From positions 4,608,001 to 4,672,000 of the forward strand of contig OZ242351.1 in the NCBI GenBank assembly GCA_965208675.1: a stretch of DNA of 64,000 bases, in the 5' to 3' direction. Below the pieces are notes generated by a model. The model had not been told where the DNA came from. It made no database searches and saw only the letters and a program-made list of their open reading frames with translations. Source of the DNA: Candidatus Poribacteria bacterium. Lineage in GTDB: Bacteria > Poribacteria > WGA-4E > PCPOR2b. The translations under genes were made by a program, and so were the position numbers. Positions 61,685 to 64,000 of this stretch are shown here, one piece after another (the first letter of the stretch is position 1; every line of letters starts with the position of its first letter).

Positions 61685-63177
61685 ATTCGCAAAGTATAGC
61701 CCATTTCGATGAAGCGATCGCTCTTTTAAAACCGGATGATCCCACTCTCGTTACTGCGCACCATAACCGCGGCTTTGCTTACTTCCGACATGGCGATTAT
61801 GATCGTGCTCTTGAAGACTACACCAAAGCGCTTGAACTTAGTCCCAATAACGCGGAGATCTATTTTGACCGTGGCATCGCTCATTTCCATAACCGCGAAT
61901 TTGACCTTGCGATTGATGATTACACCGAAGCGCTAAAACAAAAGCCGGACTATGCAGAGGTCTATCATAATCGAGGAGTTGCTCATCGTATCAATCGCAA
62001 CGACGATGAAGCTCTTAAGGACTTTAATAAGACGATTGAACTTAAACCATTTTATCCCACCCCTCACAACGGTCGTGGTCTTTTATTCTATCAACAAGGC
62101 GATTTGGACCATGCGATCGAGGACTTTACCAATGCGATTCAGCTTGATCCTAATTTTTTTGAGGCTTATTGCAATCGCGGCGTTGCCTACGATGCTAAAG
62201 GTGCGCACAATCAGGCGTTCAGGGACTATTCGAAAGCAATACATCTTAATTCCAAATATGCCGAGGCTTATTACAATCGCGGCCTCGCTTATGCCGCTAT
62301 GAAGGACTATGATTCTGCTGTTCTGGACTTTAATAAAGCGATAGAACTACAACCTAAGTTTGCCGAAGGATATAACAGTAGGGCGGTTGTCTACGACCAC
62401 AAAGACCAGACTGACAGGGCAATTCAAGACTATACGAAAGCCATAGAATTAAAACCTAACTTTTACGAGGCATATACCAATCGCGGAATTTCTTTCAATA
62501 AAAATCATGAGAGAGATAAGGCAATTCAAGACCATAGCACGGCAATTGAACTTAATGACAATTATGCTCCCGCGTATGCAAATCGTGGAGTGGCGTACTA
62601 TGATAAAGAGCAATACGATCGCGCAATTAAAGACTACAACAAAGCAATTGAACTTGATTCAAAACTCTCTCAAGCATATAACAATCGTGGTAATGCGTAC
62701 CGTAGAATAGGGAAGCATGATCTTGCTTTCTCGGACTATAGCAAGGCAATTGAACTAAAGCCGGATTATGCCGAGCCATACAACAATCGTGGAAATGCCT
62801 ACATTGATAAGGGCAAATATGAATGTGCTATAAAAAACTATACAATGGCGATAGATATCGATCCAAAACTTGCCAAGCCGTATAGCAATCGTGGCGTTGC
62901 GTACTCACACATAGGGGAAGTGAAACTTGCCATTGAAGACTATAACAAAGCAATCCAGCTGGACCCCGATGATGGAGACGCCTACTACAACCGCGCTGAG
63001 GTCTGGTTACGTCAGAAGGAATGGGACCAATCCAGAGTAGATTTGAAGGCCGCTAGAGCCAAGGGTGTAGACCTTATCGCCGCATTTCATAACGATGTCG
63101 AATGCGTCCCTGACTTCGAGGAGAAAAATGGTGTAAAACTCCCCGATGACATCGTGGATATGCTTACGAACGGCTGA
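61681..63177 (+). CDS. Tetratricopeptide-repeat protein (13 TPRs)
   Basis: 34-aa AY.NRG.AY....A..DY.KAI.L.P repeats; ATGA overlap with the FRG gene; GGAGGAG SD. Confidence 0.92.
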   Translation: MNSQSIAHFDEAIALLKPDDPTLVTAHHNRGFAYFRHGDYDRALEDYTKALELSPNNAEIYFDRGIAHFHNREFDLAIDDYTEALKQKPDYAEVYHNRGVAHRINRNDDEALKDFNKTIELKPFYPTPHNGRGLLFYQQGDLDHAIEDFTNAIQLDPNFFEAYCNRGVAYDAKGAHNQAFRDYSKAIHLNSKYAEAYYNRGLAYAAMKDYDSAVLDFNKAIELQPKFAEGYNSRAVVYDHKDQTDRAIQDYTKAIELKPNFYEAYTNRGISFNKNHERDKAIQDHSTAIELNDNYAPAYANRGVAYYDKEQYDRAIKDYNKAIELDSKLSQAYNNRGNAYRRIGKHDLAFSDYSKAIELKPDYAEPYNNRGNAYIDKGKYECAIKNYTMAIDIDPKLAKPYSNRGVAYSHIGEVKLAIEDYNKAIQLDPDDGDAYYNRAEVWLRQKEWDQSRVDLKAARAKGVDLIAAFHNDVECVPDFEEKNGVKLPDDIVDMLTNG

Positions 63178-63247
63178 ACTGTCATGTATTGTCCGCGAAA
63201 TTTGATTAGTCAGTTCGAATTAACATCCCCGCCCCAACATAGTTTCT

Positions 63248-63571
63248 GTAGGTTGGATTGAGCGGCCAACCGACCGAATAGGATCAACTGAGCGGTAGCG
63301 TAGGCGATAGTTTTCTGGCTGCCGTGATAGTCTTCTCTCGTAAAATCCTCCCCCTTGACAAGAGGGAGCTAGAGCGGGTCAATTTATTGTTGTAGGCGGG
63401 GCATCTAGCCCCGCATTTATGATGAAGTTTTTGTAGTCTGGGTTGAGCGGACATTTCCGAAAAAGTTACGGCACTCTTACCTCGTCCAAATTCCTTTACG
63501 AAAACTATGAAATAACCAGTGGAGCGATCAACCTACCGAACAGGGAGGGCAATAGTCTTCCTTCAGTCTTC
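63248..63571 (+). repeat. Repeat cluster containing all three palindrome families plus GATCAA elements (63264, 63282, 63526)
   Basis: gtaggttgg at 63248; cccccttgacaag at about 63350; gtaggcgggg at 63392; long REP 63433-63525 interrupted by an element. Confidence 0.85.
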
Positions 63572-63735
63572 ACCAGTTTTCTCGAAATTCAAAACCTCGC
63601 TCCGCAGGAAGTGTTTGACCAATTATAATAGGCGTTTCAACATGACTAAATTCCCACGGGATTCCACCATGAAACTTTTTTTCGCTGCCCAAGTGATGGG
63701 GGTAAGTTTATTCCTCAAAAAAATCTGTAAGCTGT

Positions 63736-64000
63736 TAAGCTACCCCCATCCTTTAGACAGAAAATGAGGAGATTTAAGAAATAAAACCTGACTAATTCTG
63801 GTCAAACTTAAACGCCTGAAGTTAGTGAAAATACACCTCGTAAGGTGTACAGTAATCGAGCGATTGATGAAGTCGCTCTCGGTTGTAAAAGTTGAAATAA
63901 TCTCTCAAGCGGCGCCGAGCCGTGTTCATTGAATCATAATCGTTGAGGTAAACCTCCTCATACTTAACACTGCGCCAAAGTCGTTCAACGAAGATGTTGT
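63736..64000 (-). mobile_element. IS3-family element, right end and transposase C-terminus (stop 63822-63824); continues beyond the window
   Basis: Minus-strand translation NIFVERLWRSVKYEEVYLNDY...FYNRERLHQSLDYCTPYEVYFH*; terminal repeat ctgtctaaaggatgggggtagctta. Confidence 0.9.

Noticed and set aside
51591-63767. Short ORFs overlapping repeat clusters (e.g. 51591, 53063, 53218, 58764, 60201, 63443)
   Set aside because: They are translations of REP-like repeats without SD or recognisable motifs.

Overview
Bacterial genomic window, most consistent with Candidatus Poribacteria. That assignment is inferred from two paralogous PhyH dioxygenases, a WD40 protein ending in a 'V(E/K)PxxxLxTTxGxIK' plus 'QNYPNPFNPETWIPYQL' tail, an ECF sigma factor with a long C-terminal extension, and FRG/TPR genes. 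1-27 kb is accessory/catabolic: an inositol-like cluster (iolD, PhyH, Gfo/Idh/MocA, single-chain PDH-E1-like gene missed by the ORF track), GT25, an MmeI-type RM enzyme, a BlaI/BlaR1 pair, an ECF sigma, a WD40 protein and a duplicated UxaA-like dehydratase. 27-51 kb is housekeeping on the minus strand: bioF, NtrC-like pair, secDF, tRNA-Arg(CCT), apt, tlyA, dxs, xseAB, ymdB, selenocysteine-containing selD, cutA, pheST with a Phe T-box, and infC-rpmI-rplT. 51-64 kb is a decayed plastic zone with IS3 remnants, pseudogenes (nucleotidyltransferase, GIY-YIG-like, SRAP), a split FRG-TPR gene and dense GTAG-type REP-like repeats. The most striking unexplained signal is a 35-bp element, GATCAA-NN-GA-NN-GANNA-NN-GA-NN-GCGATAGTCTTC. 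Its variable positions covary as a tandem-G.A hairpin. It has about 20 copies or partial copies at 12 loci, nearly always nested inside other palindromic repeats or inside itself. Its main host family also has long copies of almost invariant 101-103 bp length. No cognate mobilising enzyme is in the window. All calls are by eye; no database searches were run.
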